NCBI GenBank assembly: GCA_021848825.1
Contig: JAJZTQ010000014.1
Location: 36 to 64,035, forward strand
Origin: Pseudomonadota bacterium
GTDB lineage: Bacteria > Pseudomonadota > Gammaproteobacteria > Burkholderiales > JABEVD01
Direction: 5' to 3'
Length of the DNA: 64,000 nucleotides
A program made the position numbers and the translations under genes. The notes beneath the pieces were generated by a model, which saw nothing but the letters and a program-made list of their open reading frames with translations, had not been told where the DNA came from and did not search any database. Positions 39,673 through 47,801 of this stretch are shown one piece after another (within the stretch, counting starts at the first letter, position 1; each line of letters opens with the position of its first letter).

Positions 39673-42378
39673 ATGTTTTCCAGCCTGCTTAGGAGTATTT
39701 TCGGTAGCCGCAACGACAGGCTGATCAAGCAGTACATGCAGAAAGTGCGGGAAATCAACGCGCTTGAGCCGCAGATCGAAGCGCTGTCGGATGCCGAGCT
39801 GAAGGGAAAGACAGAAATCTTCAGGGAGCGTTTCTCGAAGGGGGAAACGCTCGATTCGCTCCTTCCGGAAGCCTTTGCGGTTGTCCGCGAAGCTGGAAAA
39901 AGGGTGTTGGGCATGCGCCATTTCGATGTCCAGTTGATAGGCGGAATGGTTCTGCATCATGGCAAGATCGCCGAAATGAGGACAGGCGAAGGAAAAACGC
40001 TCGTCGCGACCTTGCCTTCCTACCTCAATGCGCTTTCAGGCCGGGGCGTTCATGTGGTAACGGTCAACGATTATCTCGCCGAGCGGGATGCGGGCTGGAT
40101 GGGGAGAATACACGAATTCCTCGGCCTTTCGGTGGGCGTGATCCTTTCCCAGATGGAGCACGATGAAAAGCAGGCTGCCTATGCTGCAGACATCACCTAT
40201 GGCACGAACAACGAATTCGGCTTCGACTACCTCAGGGACAACATGGTTTCCCATCCGGGCGAGAAGGTACAGAAGCCGCTCAATTTTGCCATCGTCGACG
40301 AAGTCGATTCGATCCTGATAGACGAGGCGAGGACCCCGCTGATCATTTCAGGGCAGGCCGAGGACAACATCGATCTCTATTACCGGATAAACGACCTTGC
40401 CCCGAAGCTGAAGCGTCAGGAAACAGAGGAAGGCCCTGGGGACTATTCGGTCGACGAAAAGGCGCATCAGGTGCTGCTCTCCGAAGAAGGGCACGAACAT
40501 GCCGAGCGGCTGCTTGCGCAGGCGGGGCTTCTTCCGCCCGGCACGAGCCTTTACGATTCAGCCAACATCACGCTCATCCATCACCTCTATGCCGCATTGC
40601 GCGCCCATGCCCTCTATCTCAGGGACCAGCATTATGTCGTCCAGGATGGCGAGGTGGTGATCGTAGACGAATTCACCGGCAGGCTGATGTCCGGCCGTCG
40701 CTGGTCCGACGGCCTTCACCAGGCGGTGGAAGCGAAGGAAGGCGTGGCGATCCAGAAGGAGAACCAGACGCTCGCTTCCATCACCTTCCAGAACTATTTC
40801 AGGATGTATGGAAAGCTCGCCGGCATGACAGGAACTGCCGATACCGAAGCTTTCGAATTCCAGCAGATCTACGGGCTCGAGACCGTGATCATTCCGACTC
40901 ACAGGCCGATGCAGAGAAAGGACAAGCTCGATCAGGTCTACAGGACGGCGAAGGAAAAATACCAGGCCGTCATCAACGACATCAGGGATTGCCACGAGCG
41001 CGGGCAGCCTGTCCTTGTCGGCACGACCTCCATCGAGAATTCCGAACTGCTTTCTGGATTCCTCAAGAAGGAAAAGCTTCCCCATCAGGTCCTGAATGCG
41101 AAGCATCACGAAAGGGAAGCTGAAATCGTCGCTCAGGCGGGACGCGCCAAGATGGTGACGATTGCGACGAACATGGCAGGGCGCGGAACCGATATCGTGC
41201 TGGGCGGCAGCATCGAGGCCGACCTCGATGCAGTGAGGGAAGACGAGAAGCTCAGCGATGCGGCGAAGCAGGAAAAGATCGCGAAGATCAGGGAAGAATG
41301 GCAGAAGCGGCATGAAGATGTTCTGGAAAAGGGAGGGCTCCACATCATCGGCACGGAGCGGCACGAATCAAGGCGGGTGGACAACCAGCTGAGGGGGCGG
41401 GCAGGGCGCCAGGGAGATCCGGGCTCGTCCCGCTTCTATCTCTCGCTGGAAGATCCGCTGCTCAGGATATTCGCATCCGACAGGGTTGCCTCGATCATGC
41501 AGAAGCTCAACATGCCGGAAGGTGAGGCGATCGAGCATCCATGGGTGACGAGGGCGATCGAAAATGCGCAGAGGAAGGTCGAGGCAAGAAACTTCGACAT
41601 CAGGAAGCAGCTTCTCGAATACGACGACGTTTCCAACGATCAGCGCAAGGTCATCTATCAGCAGCGAAACGAGCTGCTCGACGCAACAGACATTTCCGAG
41701 ACGATCGGGGCGATGAGAAACGATGTGCTTGATTCGCTCGTCAGCCAGTACATCCCGCCCCAGAGCATGGAGGAAGAATGGGATGTCCAGGGGCTCGAGA
41801 AGGCATTGTCGGCCGAATATCAGATCGAGCTTCCCGTTGCGAAATGGCTGGACGAGGAAAAGGAACTCCACGAGGATGCATTGAGGCAAAGGATCTCGAC
41901 TCACGCCCAGCAGCTATACGAGGCCAAGACTGCCCAGGCGGGAGACGAGCTGATGAGGCATTACGAGCGCGCTGTGATGCTCCAGAGCCTGGACAACCAC
42001 TGGCGCGAGCATCTCGCTGCCCTCGATCACCTGCGCCAGGGCATCCATCTGAGAGGCTATGCCCAGAAGGATCCGAAACAGGAATACAAGCGCGAGGCCT
42101 TCGAACTCTTTTCCGATCTGCTAGAAGCGATCAGGATGGATGTGACCCAGAACCTGCTCACCGTTCAGATCAGGAGCCAGGCGGATGTCGAGGCAGTCGA
42201 AGTGCCGACGGCGCTGGAGAACGTCAGGTACCAGCATGCCGATTACGACGAGGCCTTGGCTTCTGAAGATGAAAATCATCAGCCGTTCGTCAGGGTAGGC
42301 CAGAAGGTTGGAAGGAACGATCCCTGTCCTTGCGGATCCGGAAAGAAATACAAGCAGTGCCACGGCAGGCTGGCGTAA
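39673..42378 (+). CDS. secA: Preprotein translocase ATPase SecA
   Basis: The 901-aa product has [10 protein letters not shown] (Walker A), [18 protein letters not shown] and [10 protein letters not shown], plus a C-terminal zinc finger ([14 protein letters not shown]). Confidence 0.98.
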   Translation: MFSSLLRSIFGSRNDRLIKQYMQKVREINALEPQIEALSDAELKGKTEIFRERFSKGETLDSLLPEAFAVVREAGKRVLGMRHFDVQLIGGMVLHHGKIAEMRTGEGKTLVATLPSYLNALSGRGVHVVTVNDYLAERDAGWMGRIHEFLGLSVGVILSQMEHDEKQAAYAADITYGTNNEFGFDYLRDNMVSHPGEKVQKPLNFAIVDEVDSILIDEARTPLIISGQAEDNIDLYYRINDLAPKLKRQETEEGPGDYSVDEKAHQVLLSEEGHEHAERLLAQAGLLPPGTSLYDSANITLIHHLYAALRAHALYLRDQHYVVQDGEVVIVDEFTGRLMSGRRWSDGLHQAVEAKEGVAIQKENQTLASITFQNYFRMYGKLAGMTGTADTEAFEFQQIYGLETVIIPTHRPMQRKDKLDQVYRTAKEKYQAVINDIRDCHERGQPVLVGTTSIENSELLSGFLKKEKLPHQVLNAKHHEREAEIVAQAGRAKMVTIATNMAGRGTDIVLGGSIEADLDAVREDEKLSDAAKQEKIAKIREEWQKRHEDVLEKGGLHIIGTERHESRRVDNQLRGRAGRQGDPGSSRFYLSLEDPLLRIFASDRVASIMQKLNMPEGEAIEHPWVTRAIENAQRKVEARNFDIRKQLLEYDDVSNDQRKVIYQQRNELLDATDISETIGAMRNDVLDSLVSQYIPPQSMEEEWDVQGLEKALSAEYQIELPVAKWLDEEKELHEDALRQRISTHAQQLYEAKTAQAGDELMRHYERAVMLQSLDNHWREHLAALDHLRQGIHLRGYAQKDPKQEYKREAFELFSDLLEAIRMDVTQNLLTVQIRSQADVEAVEVPTALENVRYQHADYDEALASEDENHQPFVRVGQKVGRNDPCPCGSGKKYKQCHGRLA

Positions 42379-42923
42379 GCATCGTTTTCGTCCGGCACGG
42401 CGAAAGCGAGGCGAATGTCGAAGGCAGGATCAGCGACAATCCTGAAAGAGTCGTCAATCTCACCGAGAAGGGAAGGATTCAGGCCTCGCTCGTCGATCCC
42501 GGCGAGATCGACATCGCATTTTGTTCCGAATTCCACAGGGCGAGGCAGACCGCTGAAATCATCTTCCGGAGGGGCCCTGTCCTTGTCGATGGCAGGATAA
42601 ACGAGCGCAAATCCGGCATGGACGGCAGGCCTGTTCATGAATTCAACGAGATGATCCTCCATGATCCGGTCAATTTCAGTCCGGAAGGGGGGGAATCGTT
42701 TATCGAGGAAATGACGAGGGTGAGGCGGTTTCTCGACGAGATGGCAAGCCTCAATCAGGGAAAGCGCGTACTCGCCGTGAGCCACGAGAACCCTATCCTT
42801 GCAGCGCTTGCATTGGCGGGCATGGATCCGCTTGAGGCTGCGCTGGGTTCGATAAAGAACTGCCAGAAAGTCGAAATTTCCTGGCCTATAGGCGATCGAC
42901 GAGAAGGCCGCTCGCGAGCCTGA
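42330..42923 (+). CDS. Histidine phosphatase family protein (phosphoglycerate mutase-like)
   Basis: It has an [12 protein letters not shown] catalytic RHG motif and a later SHENPI. The ATG at 42330 overlaps secA by 49 nt. An in-frame GTG at 42357 is an alternative start. Confidence 0.7.
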   Translation: MRIRKEIQAVPRQAGVSIVFVRHGESEANVEGRISDNPERVVNLTEKGRIQASLVDPGEIDIAFCSEFHRARQTAEIIFRRGPVLVDGRINERKSGMDGRPVHEFNEMILHDPVNFSPEGGESFIEEMTRVRRFLDEMASLNQGKRVLAVSHENPILAALALAGMDPLEAALGSIKNCQKVEISWPIGDRREGRSRA

Positions 42924-43383
42924 GGCGCTGGCTGAGAAGCCTGGCGAGCTTGAGCAGGATTTTCGTCGCGAGCGCGGGTTTTTCGTTGATGATGCGGAAA
43001 AAGTTGGCCTGCGTGAGGATCGTCAGGACGACGGGTTCCGAAACGATTGCGGTGGCAGAACACGGTTCGCCGTCGATGATAGCCATTTCGCCGAGCGTTT
43101 TTCCAGGACCGACGACCGCGATGGTTTTCCTCTTCCCGTCGATATCTTCCTTGACGATGTCGACCTTTCCCTCGATGATGAGGCAGAGGAAGTCGCCGCC
43201 TTGCCCTTCCCTGAACAGCACCGTTCCCTTTCCCGCTTCGTAGGCCTGCATGTAGTCGGCAAGCGCCTCGATGTCATGCCACTCGAAATCGTCGAACATC
43301 TGTGTGGCGCCGATCATGCTGCAAAGTTCTTCTCGGAAGGCGCTGCCTGCGCCGATCTGGCTCGTCAGGTCGAAAACTTCCAC
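42886..43383 (-). CDS. Stand-alone cyclic-nucleotide-binding (CAP effector) domain protein, no HTH
   Basis: The 165-aa product has a GTG start 1 nt after the SemiSWEET stop. It has a FREGQGGDFLCLIIEGKV ... GEMAIIDGEPCSATA beta-roll signature, and no DNA-binding domain follows. Confidence 0.8.
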   Translation of the reverse strand: MEVFDLTSQIGAGSAFREELCSMIGATQMFDDFEWHDIEALADYMQAYEAGKGTVLFREGQGGDFLCLIIEGKVDIVKEDIDGKRKTIAVVGPGKTLGEMAIIDGEPCSATAIVSEPVVLTILTQANFFRIINEKPALATKILLKLARLLSQRLRLASGLLVDRL

Positions 43384-43384
43384 T

Positions 43385-43642
43385 TCATGATCCCGATCTG
43401 AGCTTGAGCCAGAGCACGATCATGGCGAGCAGCAGCGTGACGGCATTGGAGGCGATGACCGGGAGGCTGCCTATGGCGATGCCGTAGCCGAGCCATAGCG
43501 AGACGCCTAGCGTGAAAAGCGCATACATGGGAAGTGAAATTCCTGAAAGGTCCCTGGTTTTCCAGGATTGCCATGCCTGAGGAACGAAGGCCATGGTGGT
43601 GAGTACTGCAGCCGGATAGCCGATCAGATTGCCGATGTCCAT
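43385..43642 (-). CDS. SemiSWEET (PQ-loop) transporter
   Basis: The 85-aa product has three TM segments, a VPQAWQSWKTRD PQ motif and PVIASNAVTLLLAMIVLWLKLR. It closely resembles characterised bacterial SemiSWEETs. Confidence 0.88.
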   Translation of the reverse strand: MDIGNLIGYPAAVLTTMAFVPQAWQSWKTRDLSGISLPMYALFTLGVSLWLGYGIAIGSLPVIASNAVTLLLAMIVLWLKLRSGS

Positions 43643-43658
43643 GATTCGAGCACCGCGA

Positions 43659-44411
43659 TCAGCACGAGGACATCCTGGAAATGATCAGGCTTTCCATCTC
43701 GTATGGGAAGAAATAGGGATAAAGCGATTTCCTCCCAAGCGGTTTCGCGGCAAATCCGCCATATTTCCTGATCTGTTCCGCCATGTAAGGGAAATTTGCT
43801 CTCAGCAGCACTGAAGGGGCATTTGCACGAAGGCACATCCGCTCGGGACCTATTCTGTCGAGATCGAGCATGCTTTCATAAAACTTGACATGCCTGGGAT
43901 TGACCTCGAGCACGCCGTCCGTAATGCCGAGGATGCGAAAGTGATAGAGATAGGCTACATGGATCATGCTGGCCAGAAGTCCTTTCGACTTGATCTCCGG
44001 ATCGATGGCAAGGCCAGTGAATTCGCAGATTCTGCAGCCGCTCTTTCTGAGATCGTTCAGCTCTTCATGATACATTTCATCGGCGAAAAGACCGAGAAAC
44101 GAGTCTTTCCTGACCGACAGTGTCCCCACGGCCTTGTCATTCGAATAGGCGACGAGCGTCATCTTGTTCGGCTCATGATCCAATGCCCCGCGCGTTTCAT
44201 AGCCCCTGCCGGAATACATTCTGTCGATCAGCATGTGGGCGGGCTTGCGCTCCGCCGAGGTGGCTGCAACCTTGATCTTGTATTTCGGCGACTCCGCCGC
44301 AAGCTGCAGTCCTGACTCGTCAATCGAATCAAGGCTGGCGTCCCTCATCGTATCGATGAAGAATGCGATGGTGGACTGCATGAAGGACAGATCGTTCGAC
44401 TCGTTGCTCAT
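43659..44411 (-). CDS. FeeM-like long-chain N-acyl amino acid synthase (GNAT fold)
   Basis: It has VGTLSVRKDSFLGLFADEMYHEELNDLRKSGCRICEFTGLAI ... EVNPRHVKFYESML ... APSVLLR. This matches the N-acyl amino acid synthase layout by eye. The ATG at 44411 is preferred over the TTG at 44429. Confidence 0.6.
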   Translation of the reverse strand: MSNESNDLSFMQSTIAFFIDTMRDASLDSIDESGLQLAAESPKYKIKVAATSAERKPAHMLIDRMYSGRGYETRGALDHEPNKMTLVAYSNDKAVGTLSVRKDSFLGLFADEMYHEELNDLRKSGCRICEFTGLAIDPEIKSKGLLASMIHVAYLYHFRILGITDGVLEVNPRHVKFYESMLDLDRIGPERMCLRANAPSVLLRANFPYMAEQIRKYGGFAAKPLGRKSLYPYFFPYEMESLIISRMSSC

Positions 44412-44557
44412 CCCGTACCCAGATTTCAAATACGCTTAATTGTAGCCAATTTCCGCAAGAAATCGGAGGGTCTTTTTAGACAAAGTGCAACGCATGGGGT
44501 TGACGCCTTCGATATCAGCATCTAGCCTGTACTTATTCTGAATCGGGGGCTCGTCAA

Positions 44558-44791
44558 TTGAAGTTTTTTCACTATGCCATGATAGTCATAGGATGCGTGA
44601 TCTTGGGGCTGAGCGCAGACATCTTCTTTTCCCACAGCAAGGAAATCGCCCAGACTGCTTCGAGCGAAGCAGTCTGGGCCACGATGTTTGCTGCGATGCT
44701 GGGTCTGGTTTTCGTCGCGATCGGCATTCTAGCAAGGCTGAACGAGCGTCTGACCGCCCTGGAGTCGCTGCGGAAGAAGGCCGATGAATAG
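44558..44791 (+). CDS. Small two-TM membrane protein (hypothetical)
   Basis: The 77-aa ORF has a TTG start (ATG at 44579 is possible). It has two hydrophobic helices and an amphipathic tail. It overlaps the 3' end of the convergent PEP-CTERM gene by 63 nt. Confidence 0.35.
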   Translation: MKFFHYAMIVIGCVILGLSADIFFSHSKEIAQTASSEAVWATMFAAMLGLVFVAIGILARLNERLTALESLRKKADE

Positions 44792-45949
44792 CGCGGCAGC
44801 CCTTCTTCTTCTGGCGAAAAGCAGGGCTGCCAATGACGCTGCAAAGAGAGACAGCGAACCGGGTTCGGGCACCATCGATCCCGGTGCCTGGAGATTGGCG
44901 GCGAAGGTGTTGAGGAGTGCCGGATACTGCCCGGCTAGATCGTTGATGTTCTGGACATAAAGGTCCTGAGTGGCCGTTTGTATGTCGCCTGAACTGAGCC
45001 CCAGCAGGTTGAATAGATTCAGTGCCTCCGGCGACAGGCCATATGAAGCGATCTGGCTTTCGGTGTTGAATACGCTCGATGTGCTGACCAGGAGATTGGC
45101 AGGAACGCCAAGGGCGATCAGCTGGTTCGCAAAGGCCCTGAGATCCGAAGGAAGGTTGTCGATCAGCCTGTTCAATTGATTCGAATAACTGATCACGGTT
45201 GCGAGCTGCTGGGCTGCCCAGTAGCTGTCGCCTGCAGCCATTGCACCCTGATATCTGTTGAATGAGGTGATGAGGGCAGCGGCGAGGGCAATGGCCTTGC
45301 TTTCGTCCGATGCGAGATTCGTCCCAACGGTGAGATTGGCCGGAAGCTGTATGTTCTTCGGCGTTGCGATGACAGTGTAGTTGGAGTCTACCGGATCGGC
45401 GGCGAGCTTGGCGAAATAGGCCGCGGCCATTGCCGAAAGCCCCCCTATGGCGCCTGTCGCGCTGTTGCAAAGCACGATGTACGGGCCGCTGAAAGGGCAG
45501 CCTACCGCGCCGATGGAGGCTACGCCGCCCCCGATCAGACCCAGGTAGAAGGCATCATTGTTCCAGGCGCTGATCTGCGCAGCGGTTTTTACCGTGGGAG
45601 GAGGGTTTACCGTGGTGGAGAAGGAAGCGGATTCGTCCCCGTCGTATCCCTGAATGTAATAGTTGATGGCGACCTTCGGGATAGGCGAGCCTGGCGCCGT
45701 GATCACCGGCGGCGCGGTATAGGTGAAAGTGCCGGGAATGGCGTAATTGGGATCAACGCCGATTGTCGCGCCATCTGCAGTGATGACGATGGGCTCACCC
45801 TCTCCATTCTCGTTTGGATCCGTCGTGTTCAGGGTGGCGGTGATGCTGACGACGTCGCCGGGATTGATGTCGACGATGTCAGCCTGCGCGATGGCAGGAC
45901 AAAGCAGCCCGAGAATTGCAGTTGTGCGGAACAGTGAATGCGAAACCAT
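44729..45949 (-). CDS. PEP-CTERM sorting-domain protein (exosortase substrate)
   Basis: The 406-aa product has a signal peptide (MVSHSLFRTTAILGLLCPAIAQA). Near the C-terminus it has VPEPGSLSLFAASLAALLFARRRR, i.e. a PEP motif, TM helix and Arg cluster. An unusual 22-aa tail follows. Confidence 0.85.
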   Translation of the reverse strand: MVSHSLFRTTAILGLLCPAIAQADIVDINPGDVVSITATLNTTDPNENGEGEPIVITADGATIGVDPNYAIPGTFTYTAPPVITAPGSPIPKVAINYYIQGYDGDESASFSTTVNPPPTVKTAAQISAWNNDAFYLGLIGGGVASIGAVGCPFSGPYIVLCNSATGAIGGLSAMAAAYFAKLAADPVDSNYTVIATPKNIQLPANLTVGTNLASDESKAIALAAALITSFNRYQGAMAAGDSYWAAQQLATVISYSNQLNRLIDNLPSDLRAFANQLIALGVPANLLVSTSSVFNTESQIASYGLSPEALNLFNLLGLSSGDIQTATQDLYVQNINDLAGQYPALLNTFAANLQAPGSMVPEPGSLSLFAASLAALLFARRRRAAALFIGLLPQRLQGGQTLVQPC

Positions 45950-46091
45950 GAATTTCCCCTTTTTGTTGTCCTCAAATCAAACTAGGCGGGAAATCCTGGA
46001 AATCAACTTTTTCACTGAAGATTCATATTTTGAATCAGTCTGATATCCTGTTTTTGAGCGTAGCGAACCAGATCTCGCGAGAAGGCTACTT

Positions 46092-46331
46092 TCAGAGGTT
46101 CAGCTGGCAGTTTGCGATGCTCGCGACCAGGCTGGTGATGGGCTTCCGCCCCGCCATGCTCTCGGCGAGCAGATTCTGTGCTTCATTTATTCTTCCCCGG
46201 TCGATGAGGTAATTGTGATAGGCAGCGATATCCTGCCAGCAGGCAGGGTGTTGTATTGCGCCTGTCTCGGCGTCGAAGATCATCACGCGATGGCGCCCTT
46301 CGTCGGGAATGATGTGATAACGGATGTCCAT
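46092..46331 (-). CDS. Hypothetical small protein
   Basis: The product is 79 aa from MDIRYHIIPDEG. A GAGG lies 6 nt upstream of the ATG at 46331. The track ORF extends to 46388. I recognised no family. Confidence 0.45.
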   Translation of the reverse strand: MDIRYHIIPDEGRHRVMIFDAETGAIQHPACWQDIAAYHNYLIDRGRINEAQNLLAESMAGRKPITSLVASIANCQLNL

Positions 46332-46434
46332 GTTGACCTCACTTGCTGCAAGGAAGCAATATCCGTATATAAGCAAATTCTGAGCCAAAACAGGGACCTC
46401 TTGTAATCAATGGCTTATTGAAGATAGGCTGTAT

Positions 46435-46764
46435 TCATTTCATCCTATTGCACAGGCGGAGGGCGCACGCGATGCGTTTTGGTGCATGCTCATCATCCAT
46501 GTTCATGAAAGCCTCCAGCGTCCGGGGATTGATGCATCGCAGCCGCCTTGCCTTCACCGGCATGGGCGAGAAGCCAGGCGTTATGTTGTCCGGAACTTCA
46601 TTCATGATGCCATTGACGAAATTTTCGACAGGGTCTTCGATCGCCGAAAGGATAGGCGGAACATGGCCGCAGATTCCGCCATGTCAGGGATTCCCCGATT
46701 GAAAGCTTTCATCAGCCATCAAAGCCTGGTTCGGGAAACGCAAGGCCAATCCGGAAGAATTCAT
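46435..46764 (-). pseudogene. 109-codon reading frame interrupted by one in-frame TGA (46686-46684); pseudogene or recoded ORF
   Basis: It reads MNSSGLALRFPNQALMADESFQSGNP-TGA-HGGICGHVPPILSAIEDPVENFVNGIMNEVPDNITPGFSPMPVKARRLRCINPRTLEAFMNMDDEHAPKRIACALRLCNRMK. Both halves are too short for the ORF track. A perfect 7-bp hairpin starts 3 nt after the TGA. Confidence 0.35.
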
Positions 46765-46863
46765 AATTTCAAGAGGAATCGCGAAACCTCATCTGCGTAG
46801 GCGCCCAGTCTTTATCTTTTGCCGGGGTCGATCCAGCGCTTTTCCCCTTTGCATCGCATATGT

Positions 46864-47106
46864 TCAGGCGATGAGCTTCAGGGTCTTCGCAAGGTCAATG
46901 ACATCCTGCCCGAGCGCGCTCAATCTGTCGTAGAAGGCAGCAATGTCTTCGTTCTGATTTGTCGCCTCCTGCACGGCATCGACGAGTCTATTGTATAGCG
47001 CCGGATCCGCTGTTTCTGGTTTGAGTGACTCCGCATTGGTCAGGAAGTCGTTGAAATTTTTCGTGAGGTCCTCCGCTGTCTTTGCGGTTTTGTCCAACAT
47101 GTTCAT
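46864..47106 (-). CDS. Hypothetical small helical acidic protein
   Basis: The product is 80 aa from MNMLDKTAK. The ATG at 47106 overlaps the upstream lipoprotein stop (ATGA), indicating an operon. I recognised no family. Confidence 0.55.
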   Translation of the reverse strand: MNMLDKTAKTAEDLTKNFNDFLTNAESLKPETADPALYNRLVDAVQEATNQNEDIAAFYDRLSALGQDVIDLAKTLKLIA

Positions 47107-47801
47107 TTTGCATTCTCCTGCGGCGCATTCGCCTTCCATTTCTCGACGATGACCCTGGCTTTTTCGAGGCCGGCCGAGCCTTTCGAGGCATCTTCGGAGA
47201 GTTTCGCGATATCGCTTCTGATCTCATCCCTGGCCTCTTTGAGTCCTGCCCTGTCCAGCAATATATCCTGCGATTGCTGGACATGTCTCATGCTCGCCAG
47301 AAAGGCGCTGATTGCGGCATTTCCCCGGTTTATCTGGGCAAAGGCGGAATCGACTGAATGAACGAGGTGCTTTTCCTGTGCATCGTATGGGGCGAGCATG
47401 GCGTTTCTCGACTTGTCCATGATGCCCGAAATCTCCCGGCTCCAAACCTGGATGCTTTGCTCCATCTGAACATATTCCAGCCCCGGCGTCGGGGGAACGA
47501 AGCTTTTTCTTGCAGGATCCCAAACCACCCTGCCGCTGACGATATCGACGAGCCTTCCTTCCGCCAGCGCCTTCTTGACGATTTGAGGCAGGATGTCGGA
47601 TGTCCAGTTTTCCTCGGCACAATGCCTTTCCATGTCGTAATGCGCTTGTATGAGCTTGCGATAGCTCTGATGGAGCGCTTCAGTGTCCTTCCCGACCTGA
47701 TAGGAAAGATCCACGGCCTCCGGCGGTACGCTTGAGCATCCGCCAAAGCCAGCGCAAAACGCCACCGTCAGGGTAAGCCGGGTCCTAGTATCGAGCTTCA
47801 A
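47103..47801 (-). CDS. Hypothetical lipoprotein
   Basis: The 232-aa product has a TTG start overlapping the upstream stop (TTGA). It has a signal peptide with a lipobox (LTVAFCAGFGG-C-SS). The remainder is predicted helical. Confidence 0.6.
   Translation of the reverse strand: MKLDTRTRLTLTVAFCAGFGGCSSVPPEAVDLSYQVGKDTEALHQSYRKLIQAHYDMERHCAEENWTSDILPQIVKKALAEGRLVDIVSGRVVWDPARKSFVPPTPGLEYVQMEQSIQVWSREISGIMDKSRNAMLAPYDAQEKHLVHSVDSAFAQINRGNAAISAFLASMRHVQQSQDILLDRAGLKEARDEIRSDIAKLSEDASKGSAGLEKARVIVEKWKANAPQENAK

Noticed and set aside
46418-46800. Plus-strand ORFs 46418-46702 (94 aa) and 46486-46800 (104 aa)
   Set aside because: The translations look non-protein-like (Arg/His/Ser-rich, no RBS). 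The minus strand carries a more protein-like, though interrupted, frame co-oriented with the neighbouring operon.
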